Shown here: positions 20,655 through 30,408 of the stretch, piece by piece
How the letters are laid out: the number at the start of each line of letters is the position of its first letter
How positions within the stretch are numbered: the stretch's first letter is position 1
DNA from: an uncultured bacterium
GTDB lineage: Bacteria; Krumholzibacteriota; Krumholzibacteriia; LZORAL124-64-63
Direction of reading: 5' to 3'
Assembly: GCA_963732385.1 (NCBI GenBank)
Contig: CAVSZB010000007.1
Coordinates: 1,120,001-1,184,000, forward strand
DNA length: 64,000 bases
The notes under the pieces: model-generated
Told to the model about the DNA's origin: nothing
Seen by the model: only the letters and a program-made list of their open reading frames with translations
The model's database searches: none
Position numbers and translations under genes: made by a program

Positions 20655-22445
20655 TCAGCTCTCCGGATCGTTCACGGCGATCTTGTCGACCCCGGCCTCC
20701 TTGATCCGCAGCATGGCGTTGGTGAAATCCGCGTACCTGGCATTGGCGGCCATCCGGACCGACACCACCAGGTGCGGCGCCTCTTCGACGCGCGCGGCCA
20801 GGATCTGGCCCAGCTTCTCGCCCTTCACCTTCTTGCCATCGATGGTCAAGGTGCCATCGTCCGCCAGGAACACCTCGGCCACCGAGCCCTCAGGCAGCGC
20901 CGCCAGCTTCGCCTGCAGATCCTTGCCCGGCAGGACCAGGGGCAGGCCTTTGCCCTTCTCGTCGGCGTAATAGACCTTGGCGATGCCCGCCTCGCGCATG
21001 CCCGACTGCACCTGGTGCACCAGGCTCATCGGCGCGGCGGGAACGCACTCCATCTTCACCACGGCCGCCTCGGAGTTGCCGCCCGCGGCCCGCTTGAGGG
21101 CGCCGGCCATGTTGCCGGGGGCCGTCTCGACGCCATCGATCAGGGTCCGCCGCTCCTCGATGCGGATCTGGATCTTCGCTGGCGGCGACGGGACCTGCCC
21201 CTCGCCCTTGAGCTGCCGTTCCTTGAATTCCTGCTTCTTGAATTCCTGCTCCTTCACTTTGAGTTCCTTCATCTCCTTTTCCTTGACCTGTTGCTCCTTC
21301 ATCTTCTGTTCCTTCACCTGCTGTTCCTTCATCTCCTTTTCCTTGACCTGTTGCTCCTTCATCTGCTGTTCATTCAGCTGCTGTTCCTTCATTTGCTTTT
21401 CCTGCATCTGCTTTTCCTTGGCCTGCTTCTCCGGCGGCGGTGGCGGGGTCTGGGCCCCCACCTGGGCCAGCGACAAGGGCAGGATCAGGGCCACCAGCGC
21501 GACAAGCACCAGACCGGTCTTCCACTTGGACGTCTTCATCGTCTCAGCCTCCTTCACCTGGTAGGAAACGCGTTTGAGCAGTTCGTGCCGTCGCCGCAGC
21601 AGGGCCGAGGCCGTGTGACAGACCACCGGCGTGCCGATGGCGCTCTCGGCCAGATCCACGAGCAGCCGGGAATAGGCCAGCCGGGCGTGGTGGTCGCCCG
21701 CTGTCGAGGCGTCGTCGCAGGCCATTTCGCGGTACTCGCCCAGGCGCCGGTTCAGCAGGCCGACCAGCGGATGGAAAAAGTACAGCGCCCCGACCACGAT
21801 CTGCAGCGCCTGGACCAGCCCGTCGCGGCGGTCCAGGTGGGCGGTCTCGTGGCGCAGGACGGCCTGCTTGCAGGCGGGATCCCAGGCGCGCCAGGCCTCG
21901 GGCACGAATATCCGTCGGGGGAAGAGTCCCAGCGTCAGAGGCATGCCCGTGCGCGGGGAGCAGTAGACGCCGATGCCCCGGCGCCGGGCCTCGGCCAGAT
22001 CCGGATCGCCCTGCACCGCAACGGCGCCGCGCAGGGCGCCCGCCAGCCGCAGCGTGGCCGTCGCCGAGCGCAGCAGGTAGATCAGCGCCGTGGCGCCCCA
22101 GAGCACCAGGGCGATGCCGAAGGCGTCCAGGTCGGCCAGGGAACGGGTCGCCGGCGCCATCGGGACTTCGCCCAGCTGGGCGAAGCTGAACAGCAGCCCC
22201 GCCGGCTGGGTGGGCGCCAGGCGGCCCAGCAGGGGCGACAGCAGGTCCACCGGCAGAAACGGCGGGATGAGCAGCTTGACCAACCCCACTGTCGCCACGG
22301 CGTAGCGCACCGCGGCCCGCGTCCGGCGCAGGGCGTGCAGGGCCCAGAACACCAGAGCCAGAAAGACCGTGTTCTGGATCACCCCGGGGATGAACCAGGC
22401 CGCCCACTGGCGGCCGCTCTCGTTCAGCAGATCAATCATCGCCAT
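20655..22445 (-). CDS. BlaR1/MecR1-type M56 metallopeptidase with a pentapeptide-repeat stalk and two ExbD/TolR-like periplasmic domains
   Basis: LRHETAH, YFFHPLV, REMACD; TM helix then K-E-x-x-hydrophobic repeats; MSLVHQVQSGMREAGIAKV and ARYADFTNAMLRIKEAGVDKIAV. Confidence 0.85.
   Translation of the reverse strand: MAMIDLLNESGRQWAAWFIPGVIQNTVFLALVFWALHALRRTRAAVRYAVATVGLVKLLIPPFLPVDLLSPLLGRLAPTQPAGLLFSFAQLGEVPMAPATRSLADLDAFGIALVLWGATALIYLLRSATATLRLAGALRGAVAVQGDPDLAEARRRGIGVYCSPRTGMPLTLGLFPRRIFVPEAWRAWDPACKQAVLRHETAHLDRRDGLVQALQIVVGALYFFHPLVGLLNRRLGEYREMACDDASTAGDHHARLAYSRLLVDLAESAIGTPVVCHTASALLRRRHELLKRVSYQVKEAETMKTSKWKTGLVLVALVALILPLSLAQVGAQTPPPPPEKQAKEKQMQEKQMKEQQLNEQQMKEQQVKEKEMKEQQVKEQKMKEQQVKEKEMKELKVKEQEFKKQEFKERQLKGEGQVPSPPAKIQIRIEERRTLIDGVETAPGNMAGALKRAAGGNSEAAVVKMECVPAAPMSLVHQVQSGMREAGIAKVYYADEKGKGLPLVLPGKDLQAKLAALPEGSVAEVFLADDGTLTIDGKKVKGEKLGQILAARVEEAPHLVVSVRMAANARYADFTNAMLRIKEAGVDKIAVNDPES
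21210..21432 (-). repeat. In-frame 15-bp tandem repeat (about 14 pentads) including an exact 42-bp direct repeat
   Basis: KEKQM QEKQM KEQQL NEQQM KEQQV KEKEM KEQQV...; 21263-21304 is identical to 21323-21364. Confidence 0.9.
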
Positions 22446-22833
22446 CCCCCTTCAACTGGCGTTCCTTGACCCGGAGCAGGGCTCTGATCTGGGCGATCTC
22501 GTCCAGGCTCAGGTCCTCCAGGGACATCAGGGACGAGGCGAGGGCCGGAATCGAACCGCCGAAGACCCGGCCCAGCAACGAATCCATCTCCGCCCGCGTC
22601 ACTTCGGCACGGCTGCGCGTGGGCGCATAGAAATTGATCGCCCCGCGCTTGCGACGCTGCAGCAGCCCCTTTTTCAGAAGAGTGTTCATCACCGTCTGGA
22701 CCGTGGTGTAGGCCTTCTCCCCAGCGGGAAAGGCCCGGTCCAGGACCTCGCGGACAGTAGTGGAACCCTCCAGGCCCCAAACGGCCTGCATGATCTCCCA
22801 TTCGGCCGGCGTCAGCTTGGGTTTGCGGTTCAT
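22432..22833 (-). CDS. BlaI/MecI/CopY family repressor
   Basis: LTPAEWEIMQAVW, AYTTVQTVMNTLLKKG, FGGS. Confidence 0.92.
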   Translation of the reverse strand: MNRKPKLTPAEWEIMQAVWGLEGSTTVREVLDRAFPAGEKAYTTVQTVMNTLLKKGLLQRRKRGAINFYAPTRSRAEVTRAEMDSLLGRVFGGSIPALASSLMSLEDLSLDEIAQIRALLRVKERQLKGDGDD

Positions 22834-22856
22834 GGCATTCCTCCGTGTCTCGTCTC

Positions 22857-22872
22857 TACTATGATTATAGTA
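22857..22872. promoter_or_regulatory. BlaI-type operator palindrome TACTAT-N4-ATAGTA
   Basis: Inverted repeat 24 nt upstream of the blaI-like ATG; contains TATAAT on the minus strand. Confidence 0.7.
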
Positions 22873-23181
22873 ATGCTACTAAACAATCCGGAGGGAAGCA
22901 AGCCCCGCCACTGATTTTTTTGGGGCCCGAAGCGGCGGGTCAGTGCGTATGAAAGCGTCGCCCGCAGGATAAGCTGGGGGCAAAACGATGAAGGGCGCGG
23001 TGTCGTCGGAAGCTCGGGGTCCAGCAGGGGATAGTCATTTCAACCGCACATTCACCCCATCGCGGCCTCTTCCGACCACCTTGCATTGTGACTCGCAGCC
23101 CGCGCTGCCAGCGAACACACCGATCCATCCGTCGCTCTGCAACCGGGCGGCCGTCATCTCAGGTGTGGTCTGCTCGCGGGT

Positions 23182-24495
23182 TCACCACCGCCAGAGGATC
23201 CGCGCGCTCGCGAAGGCGACCGCGGCGTCGTCGGCCGGCTCGGTGTGCTGCTCCGGCTGCCAGTTCGCGGACAGGTCGAGCGCCAGGCGTCCGGTCACCG
23301 ACCAGGAGGCGGAGAGCCAGACTGCCCAGTAGGTGAAGTCGCTGTAGAGATCGAGGGTGTCGAGGCCGGGCAACTCAGCGGACGACAGCGGCTCGGGCGG
23401 GGGCGTGAAGGTGTAGTCGCGCCTTCCCAGTTCGACGGTGCAGGTGCCGACGAGGGTCAGGAGATTCGCCTCCGCCCCGACGCGCAGGCCGGCCTGATTG
23501 TAGGTCTCTGGCGAGTCGGTCCCGGCCGCGAACCGCTCGACGGCCGGACCCGCCAGCCACCCCCACGCCGCCTCGCCGCCGCCATGGTAGAGGAGGGTAC
23601 CGGCGAGGCGCCAGGAATCGAACCAGGCGGAAGTTTCGGTGTCGTAGCGCCAGACCTCCCCCTGCAGGTCGGTCTCGATCCGACCGGACCCGACGGGCGC
23701 CAGCCAGGCGGCCGTGCCCCAGTGCGACCAGGCCGAAGGACGCGCCGTCTCGTCGTGGATGGACCGCCGCTCGCTGCGCCAGAACAGCCGCACGCCGGTG
23801 CCGGTGAGCACCGCCGTATCCAGTTCGCCGGTGAGCCCGGCCACCGTGCGGTCGATCGCGGCGGAATCGGGATAGGCGCGCCGGGCCAGCCGGGCGCCCA
23901 GCGTGAAATAGCGCTCGGCGTCGTGTCCCGATTTCCAGTACACGCCGCCGCCCGCCTCGTCATGATCCAGCTCCAGCGTCGACGGCGTGGCGTAGCGCAG
24001 ACGACAGCCGCTCAGGCGCGCCTCGAACGCCCCTCCGCCGCGCGGCGAAAGGGTCGCGCGTGTTTCGGCGCGCGCCTCCCGCAGGTCGCTGCTGAGGCTG
24101 TAGCCGGTGCCGTGACGGTACTGGCGTCCGTGCCACGAGAAATCGCAGCGCAGGACCGTGGCCACCGAGTCGGGGCGGTACTGCCAGCCCGCCTCGAACC
24201 CCTCGCGCCTCAGCTCCGTGCCCAACGACAGCTCCGGGCGCAGCCGCCAGCGGTGGCGCGCCCTGCCGCTGGTGCGCGCCTCGGCCGCCGCCACGAGGTC
24301 GAACTCGGAAATCGTCTCGGTGGTGTCGACCCCGGCCAGGGGAAAGCGCTGAATGTAGGTGTCGTAGCCGGCGCTGGTGGTGAAGGTCCAGTCCAGGCGC
24401 GACGCGGTGCCAAGAGACGCGGAAGCGGCGCCGGCGGCAGAAGCGCGGCCGGCGCCGAGCAGGCAGATCAGCGTGCAGATCAACGACGGCTTCAA
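23182..24495 (-). CDS. Hypothetical outer-membrane beta-barrel protein
   Basis: Signal peptide, amphipathic aromatic-rich strands, C-terminal ARILWRW; TTG start overlaps the upstream stop. Confidence 0.6.
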   Translation of the reverse strand: MKPSLICTLICLLGAGRASAAGAASASLGTASRLDWTFTTSAGYDTYIQRFPLAGVDTTETISEFDLVAAAEARTSGRARHRWRLRPELSLGTELRREGFEAGWQYRPDSVATVLRCDFSWHGRQYRHGTGYSLSSDLREARAETRATLSPRGGGAFEARLSGCRLRYATPSTLELDHDEAGGGVYWKSGHDAERYFTLGARLARRAYPDSAAIDRTVAGLTGELDTAVLTGTGVRLFWRSERRSIHDETARPSAWSHWGTAAWLAPVGSGRIETDLQGEVWRYDTETSAWFDSWRLAGTLLYHGGGEAAWGWLAGPAVERFAAGTDSPETYNQAGLRVGAEANLLTLVGTCTVELGRRDYTFTPPPEPLSSAELPGLDTLDLYSDFTYWAVWLSASWSVTGRLALDLSANWQPEQHTEPADDAAVAFASARILWRW

Positions 24496-25562
24496 CGCGT
24501 CCGCTCCGCCGCCTTGCTGAGCAGATCGTGGGCGAGCGTGATCTGACGCAGCGCCAGTTCCACCCTGCCGCCGTCGAGCAACTCGCCCGCCCGGCGACGA
24601 TGTCCGGTCGCCTCATCGACGATCGCCATCGCGCGCCGATCGCCCGCGCGCCGGGCCGTGTCATCGACCAGCGTCCGACGTTCGTCCCAGCGGACGATCA
24701 GCTCCAGCACCGCCGCGGAAGAGACGCCCCCTTCGCGCCGCTCCGCCGCCTGCGCGGCGAGCCGGCGGGCCTGGCCGGCGAAGCGCAGCGCCCGCCACGG
24801 TTCGCCGGCGCGGGCGGCGTCACGCGCGCGGTCCAGTTCGGCCTGTGCCCGCTCCACGCCGTCGAGCGCCGCCCGGTCGTTCGCGTCGCGCGCCTGCTCG
24901 CGAGCCCGGTCGATCAGACCGGCCGTCTGCTCCAGCTCACTCTCCAGCCGGGCCGCCCCCCCCTGCTCGAACAGCAGGCGGGCCGCGCGATTGAAGAGCG
25001 CCTCGGCGGAACCGAGCAGGTTGAAGGCGATTTCGAAGTTCTTCTGCGCGTACTGTTCGCGGGCGCGCTCGAGCTGCCGCTCCGCCTCCCGGAGGAAACG
25101 GCCGATCTCCGCCTGCTGCCCCTCGCCCGCACGCTCGCGCAGGGTCTCCCGCAGCTCCTGAAGGCGCTCCATCCGCATCCGGGCGCGTTCCTCGAACGTC
25201 TGCGCCGTGCGCGCCAGCCGACCGGCGCTCAGGGCCGTATCGCGCGCCTGCCGCGCGACGCGCATCGCCAGCAGCGGCCGCCCGTCGTCGAGCAGACGTT
25301 GCGACTGTTCGTGCAGCGCGCGCGCCTCGAGCAGGACACGGCGCGCGCGGTCGCTCTCGGACTCGCGCACCGCCTCGCCGACCTGGTCGAGGATGTCGGC
25401 CGTGCGCTCGATGAAGACCCGCACGCTTTCGAGCGACTCCTGCGCCGCCGCCGGCCGCACCCCGCCGGCCGTGATCGCGAGCCAGAGTCCGGCGCAAAGC
25501 AGAACGCCGATGCCGGCGCCCCGCTCCCGGTGACCTTTTCCGCCTCGCCTGATCGCTGCCAT
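24492..25562 (-). CDS. Hypothetical exported alpha-helical protein with four repeats of about 75 aa
   Basis: ATG 25562 with GAGAGG RBS; signal peptide ending PAAA-Q; A/R/E/L-rich helical repeats. Confidence 0.7.
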   Translation of the reverse strand: MAAIRRGGKGHRERGAGIGVLLCAGLWLAITAGGVRPAAAQESLESVRVFIERTADILDQVGEAVRESESDRARRVLLEARALHEQSQRLLDDGRPLLAMRVARQARDTALSAGRLARTAQTFEERARMRMERLQELRETLRERAGEGQQAEIGRFLREAERQLERAREQYAQKNFEIAFNLLGSAEALFNRAARLLFEQGGAARLESELEQTAGLIDRAREQARDANDRAALDGVERAQAELDRARDAARAGEPWRALRFAGQARRLAAQAAERREGGVSSAAVLELIVRWDERRTLVDDTARRAGDRRAMAIVDEATGHRRRAGELLDGGRVELALRQITLAHDLLSKAAERTR

Positions 25563-25607
25563 GATCGACCTCTCTCGCTGGCGACTCCCCCGGATCGGGC
25601 GGCGCGC

Positions 25608-25623
25608 TGCAATTGGGGTGCCA
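25608..25623 (-). promoter_or_regulatory. Sigma54 (-24/-12) promoter
   Basis: Minus strand TGGCAC-CCCAA-TTGCA is an exact match to TGGCAC-N5-TTGCW; directly downstream of a bEBP gene. Confidence 0.88.
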
Positions 25624-25796
25624 GCCGCAGCGCGCGGCAGGGGCAGTAGATTCCACTCGAGCAAATCAATACAAACCATTGCATTCACGCACATTACCAG
25701 ACAGAAAACGTCATTTCTGCGAACCGGCTGACCCTGACCCGTCGCGTCCGGTGCGAGCGGTGACGTACCCCCAGGGGCAGAACGGTCGGGCCGGTG

Positions 25797-27176
25797 CTAA
25801 ACGGGCGACTCCGGTTCTTCGCCACCGTGTCCCGGTTCCTCCTCCATCCCGAGCAGCTTCAGCCGGGAATAGAGAGTGCGCCGGGTGATCCCGAGCAGGC
25901 GCGCGGCGAGGGTCTTGTTGCCGCCGGCGCGCGCGAGGGCGGCGCGGATCAACCGCCGCTCGTTCTGCTCGAGGTTCAACTCCACCGGGACGCTGTCGGC
26001 CGCCGCGCCGGGCGGCGGCGCGCCCCGCACGTCGATGACCACATGCTCGTCGCGCAGCGATCCGGTCCCGGCGAGGATGTGCGCCCGCTCGATCACGTTG
26101 CGCAGTTCGCGCACGTTGCCGGGCCAGGCGTGCGCGCGCAGCCGCGCCACGGTGCCGGCGGCCAACGCCTGGCCACGCCGCCCCAGCGCGTCGAGAAAAC
26201 GCTCGGCCAGCGCCGCGATGTCGTCGCACCGGTCGCGCAGCGGCGGCACGTCGAGCGGAAAGACCAGCAGGCGATAGTAGAGATCCTCCCGGAAGCGCCC
26301 CGCGGTGATGGCCTGTTCGAGCGGCCGGTTGGTGGCGGCGACGATGCGCACGTCCACGTCGCGCTCGCGCGGATCGCCGACCCGGTTGATCTTCCGCTCT
26401 TCGAGCACCCGCAGCAGCTTCGCCTGCACCGGCAACCCGGCCTCGCCGATTTCATCCAGGAACAGCGTGCCGCCGCGCGCCGCCTCGAACAGCCCCTCCC
26501 GGTCGCGGTCGGCGCCGGTGAAAGCGCCCTTGCGATAGCCGAACAGTTCGCTCTCGAGCAGGGTCTCGGCGATCGCCGCGCAGTTGACGGCGATGAACGG
26601 GCCGCCGTCGCGCGCACTGCCATCGTGCAGCGCCCGCGCCACCAGCTCCTTGCCGACGCCGCTCTCGCCGCGGATCAGCACCGTGGCCTCGGTCGTGGCC
26701 ACCTTGCCGATCAACTCCCGCAGCCCCCGCATGGCCGCCGAATCCCCGACCAGCTGCGCGCCGCCCCCCTGCGAGGCCACCGCGCGCCGCAGGGCGCGGT
26801 TCTCGCGCACGACGTCAGCCTCGTCGAGCGCCTTGACAACCAACGCGGCCAGCGCCTCGAAGTCGCACGGCTTCTGCAGGAATCCGTACGCGCCGCCCCG
26901 CAGGGCGCGCACCGCGTCGGGCACGTCGCCATGCCCGGTGAGCACGAGGACCGGCGTGCCGGGACTGTCGGCCTTCACCCCTTCGAGTACGGCGAAACCG
27001 TCGAGCGGCTCCATGCGCAGGTCGGTGATGACCAGCTCGAACGGCTCGCGCCGGAACGTGGCCAGCGCCTCGCCGCCGCCGTGGGCGCCGGTCACCACGT
27101 GCCCGTGCCGCCCCAGGTTTGCCTTGAGCACGGCGACCATGCCCTGCTCGTCGTCCACCACCAGGATCTTCGCCAC
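25797..27176 (-). CDS. Sigma54-dependent response regulator (REC-AAA+-Fis HTH, NtrC family)
   Basis: GTG start; [60 protein letters not shown]. Confidence 0.95.
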   Translation of the reverse strand: MAKILVVDDEQGMVAVLKANLGRHGHVVTGAHGGGEALATFRREPFELVITDLRMEPLDGFAVLEGVKADSPGTPVLVLTGHGDVPDAVRALRGGAYGFLQKPCDFEALAALVVKALDEADVVRENRALRRAVASQGGGAQLVGDSAAMRGLRELIGKVATTEATVLIRGESGVGKELVARALHDGSARDGGPFIAVNCAAIAETLLESELFGYRKGAFTGADRDREGLFEAARGGTLFLDEIGEAGLPVQAKLLRVLEERKINRVGDPRERDVDVRIVAATNRPLEQAITAGRFREDLYYRLLVFPLDVPPLRDRCDDIAALAERFLDALGRRGQALAAGTVARLRAHAWPGNVRELRNVIERAHILAGTGSLRDEHVVIDVRGAPPPGAAADSVPVELNLEQNERRLIRAALARAGGNKTLAARLLGITRRTLYSRLKLLGMEEEPGHGGEEPESPV

Positions 27177-27198
27177 AGGTGTCCTTTCGCCGGTTCCG

Positions 27199-28542
27199 TC
27201 AGTCCCCGGCTCCGCGCAGCGCCGGCAGCCTGAGCTCGGCGGCGGCTCCGCGGCGATCGCCCCGGTCGCGCAGGGTGATCGTGCCGCCGTGGGCCTCGGC
27301 CACCTGGCGCGTGATCGCCAGGCCAAGGCCGCTGCCCTTCTCCTTCGTGGTGTGGAACGGTTCGAAAAGCGCCGCCGCCGCGACCCCGTCCAGCCCGTGC
27401 CCCTCGTCCAGGATCGTGAGCGACAGCGCCTCGCCGTCACTGGCCAGGCGCAGGGTTGCCAGTCCGCCCGCCGGCATGGCGTCACGCGCGTTGAGCAGCA
27501 GATTCAGCAGCGCCTGCTGGAGCCTGTGCTGGTCGCCCCACGCCGGAGGCAGGTCGGGCGCCAATTCGAAAGCCAGGCTCACCCCGGTCCGCGCCAGTTC
27601 CGTCTCCACCAGACGCGCCGTGCGACGCGCCAGCTGTGCCAGATCGACCGCCTCGGGCGCGACCTCGGACCCTTTGCCGAACGTCAGGTAGCCGGACAGG
27701 ATGCGGTCGAGCCGGTCCACCTCGCCCGGGATCAGCGCGGCCAGTTCGTCGACGATCCCGGCCTCCCGCAGGCGCGCCTCGAGGTGTTGCGCCGCGCCGC
27801 CGATGATGCCGAGCGGATTGCGGATCTCGTGCGCGATCGCCGCCGTCATGCGACCCATGGCGGCGAGTTCCTCGGCGCGCCACGCCGCGGCGCGCGCGCG
27901 GGCCATCCCGGCCTGCAGGCGCCACAACTGCACCCCCATCGCGGCCAGGAAGAGCATCACCATGGCCTCGGTGACCAGCGCGCCGCGGCGCAGCGCCGCC
28001 AGCGCGCCGAAGAAGTCGGCGTCCCCTTCCACGGTGAGGATGCCGGCGATCCCGCCCATCGCGTCGCGCACCGGCGCGTGCGCGCTCTTCTGGTAGACGC
28101 CCGCCGTGCGGTACAGGCGCGACGCCGCCGGGAAACCCTCCCGGGCCACCCGCACCGCCGCGCGGTCGAGATCCCAGAACACGTTGGCTTCACCCCTGGC
28201 GAGCCGCTCCGCCGCGGAGATCAGCACCGTGCCGTCGGGCGAGCAGAGCGCGATTTCGGCCAGATCGTTGTCGCGGCGCAGCTGCGCCAGACGCGAACGC
28301 AGCCAGATCTCCTCGAGCGACTCCTCGGGACCGGACGCCCAGATGCGCAGCGAATCACCATCGACGAGGAACGCCGCGGTGGCGGCGACGGCGGTGAGAC
28401 GATCGCCGAGGGCGTCGTCGAGCCGCGCCCGCGCGGCGCGGTGCAACCAGGCGAGCCCGGCGGCCACGGCGACGAGAATCGCCAGATACGCGGCCAGACC
28501 GCCCAGCAGCCAGCGGGCGCGTCCGGGCGCGGCGCGAATCAC
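27199..28542 (-). CDS. Membrane sensor histidine kinase
   Basis: Two TM helices; AHEIRNPL, LLNLLLNARDA, DEGHG, FEPFHTTKEKGSGLGL; GTG overlaps the lipA stop. Confidence 0.92.
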   Translation of the reverse strand: MIRAAPGRARWLLGGLAAYLAILVAVAAGLAWLHRAARARLDDALGDRLTAVAATAAFLVDGDSLRIWASGPEESLEEIWLRSRLAQLRRDNDLAEIALCSPDGTVLISAAERLARGEANVFWDLDRAAVRVAREGFPAASRLYRTAGVYQKSAHAPVRDAMGGIAGILTVEGDADFFGALAALRRGALVTEAMVMLFLAAMGVQLWRLQAGMARARAAAWRAEELAAMGRMTAAIAHEIRNPLGIIGGAAQHLEARLREAGIVDELAALIPGEVDRLDRILSGYLTFGKGSEVAPEAVDLAQLARRTARLVETELARTGVSLAFELAPDLPPAWGDQHRLQQALLNLLLNARDAMPAGGLATLRLASDGEALSLTILDEGHGLDGVAAAALFEPFHTTKEKGSGLGLAITRQVAEAHGGTITLRDRGDRRGAAAELRLPALRGAGD

Positions 28543-29513
28543 GCGCGACCCGCCGCGTCGAGACCGTCCGCCTGCTCCCGCGCGTGGTAGCTCGAACGCA
28601 CGAGCGGCCCCGCCTCGACCCACGGCAACCCGAGCGCGCGCCCGGCGCGGGCGAGCTCGTGGAATTCGTCCGGCTCCCAGTAGCGCACGACCGGGTGGTG
28701 CGCCGGGGTCGGCTGGAGGTACTGGCCGATCGTGAGGATGTCGACCCCCTGGTCGACGCAGTCGGCCATCAGCGACTCGACCTCCGCGCGGGTCTCGCCG
28801 AGCCCGAGCATGATGCCGGTCTTCACGCGCGGCGGCGCGAGCGCGCCGGGCCACTGCCGCGCGCGGCGCAGCACCAGCAGCGAGCGGCGGTAGTCGGCCT
28901 GCGGCCGCACGGCGGCATAGAGGCGCGGCACCGTCTCGAGATTGTGGCCCAGGATATCGGGAGCGGCGGCGAGCACCGTCTCGAGCGCGGGCGGATCCCC
29001 CAGGAAATCGGGAATCAGCACCTCCACGCCGCAGCCCGGCACCAGCCGGCGAATCTCCCGGATGACCGCCGCGAACTGCGCGGCGCCGCCGTCGGGCAGA
29101 TCATCGCGAGTGACGGAGGTCACCACGACGAAACGGAGTTTCAGTTCGGCCACCGCTGCGGCCAGACGGCGCGGTTCGTCGGGATCGACCGGCTGCGAAC
29201 GCCCGCCCTCCACGTTGCAGAAGACGCAACTGCGCGTGCAGACGCGGCCGAGGATCATGAAAGTGACCGTGCGGTTATTGAAGCACTCGCCCCGGTTGGG
29301 GCAGGCGCCGCTTTCGCAGATCGTGTGCAGACGCGACCGCCGCAGCAGCCGCTTCACGTCGTGGTAGTCTTCGCCGCCGGCGCGCCGCACCCTGAGCCAG
29401 TCCGGCTTGTGCCCCGGCGGCTGCGGACGTCGATTTGGCGGCGCCAGGCACGCCTCGTCCGTTGCCGACCGGTCCGGCGCCATCCCTCCGGCCGCCTGGC
29501 ATTCATCCGTCAT
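28539..29513 (-). CDS. lipA: Lipoyl synthase
   Basis: KPDWL, CESGACPNRGEC, CTRSCVFC, HNLETV, GQYLQP, RSSYHA. Confidence 0.96.
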   Translation of the reverse strand: MTDECQAAGGMAPDRSATDEACLAPPNRRPQPPGHKPDWLRVRRAGGEDYHDVKRLLRRSRLHTICESGACPNRGECFNNRTVTFMILGRVCTRSCVFCNVEGGRSQPVDPDEPRRLAAAVAELKLRFVVVTSVTRDDLPDGGAAQFAAVIREIRRLVPGCGVEVLIPDFLGDPPALETVLAAAPDILGHNLETVPRLYAAVRPQADYRRSLLVLRRARQWPGALAPPRVKTGIMLGLGETRAEVESLMADCVDQGVDILTIGQYLQPTPAHHPVVRYWEPDEFHELARAGRALGLPWVEAGPLVRSSYHAREQADGLDAAGRA

Positions 29514-29543
29514 GGGTGACTCCACAGGGGGCCCGGCGCGCGC

Positions 29544-30395
29544 TCACCGTTCCGCGAGCGTGAACGGCCCGACCGCCTCGAAACGGCCGTCCTTGAACCT
29601 CACTCCGCACGCCTCCACGACCGGATCGTGCTCGAAGACGAGAGTGTACCCATCTTCGGCGGCGCGGCTGAGGAATTCTTTCTTCTCGTTGAGCGTCAGC
29701 AGAGGGTTGAGATCGTAGCCCATGATCCACGGCACCTGCAGGTGACTGGCGAACGGCAGCAGATCGCCGCAGAAGACGACCGCCCCCTCCTCCGTGTGGA
29801 ACTCCACCAGCTGCTGCCACGGCGTGTGACCGCTCACCGGCATGACGCGCACGCCCGGAATGATCTCGCCCGGACCCTCGACGAACTGCAGCAGCCCCAG
29901 CTCCTGCAGGGGGCGGAAATCGTCGGGACGGAAGCTGGCGCGGTCGCGCTCGCTCGGACGGTGGGCCCACTCCCAGTGCCGCTTCTGCACCCAGTGGCGC
30001 GCCTTCGGGAACGTCGGCAGCGGACCGTCGGGCAGGTGGCGCACCGCGCCGCCGCAGTGGTCGAAGTGGAGATGCGTGAGCACGACATCGGTGACCGACT
30101 CCGGAGCCACGCCCGCCTCGGCCAGCTCGGCCAGCAGTTGAGCCGGCCGGCGTTCGAAGAGGAAGATGCCGCGCTGCTTCTCCTCCCAGTGGTCGCCCGC
30201 GCCGGTATCGACCAGGATCCGCCGCTCGCCGTTCTCGGCGAGCAGGCAGCGCAGGCTCAGCACGATGCGGTTGAGCGCGTCCGGCGGATGGTGCTTCTCC
30301 CACATGACGCGCGGCACGACGCCGAACATCGCGCCACCGTCGAGTCTGAAGGTGCCGTCGGTGAAAGCCCGGAACGTCCAATCGCCCCGCTTCAT
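29544..30395 (-). CDS. MBL-fold metallo-hydrolase (YtnP-like)
   Basis: LDGGAMFGVVP, THLHFDHCGG, GHT, GDL, FEHD. Confidence 0.9.
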   Translation of the reverse strand: MKRGDWTFRAFTDGTFRLDGGAMFGVVPRVMWEKHHPPDALNRIVLSLRCLLAENGERRILVDTGAGDHWEEKQRGIFLFERRPAQLLAELAEAGVAPESVTDVVLTHLHFDHCGGAVRHLPDGPLPTFPKARHWVQKRHWEWAHRPSERDRASFRPDDFRPLQELGLLQFVEGPGEIIPGVRVMPVSGHTPWQQLVEFHTEEGAVVFCGDLLPFASHLQVPWIMGYDLNPLLTLNEKKEFLSRAAEDGYTLVFEHDPVVEACGVRFKDGRFEAVGPFTLAER

Positions 30396-30408
30396 GGCGC
30401 CTCCCGCT

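Noticed and set aside
21210..21432. CRISPR-like periodicity
   Set aside because: These are in-frame coding tandem repeats with no unique spacers and no cas genes.
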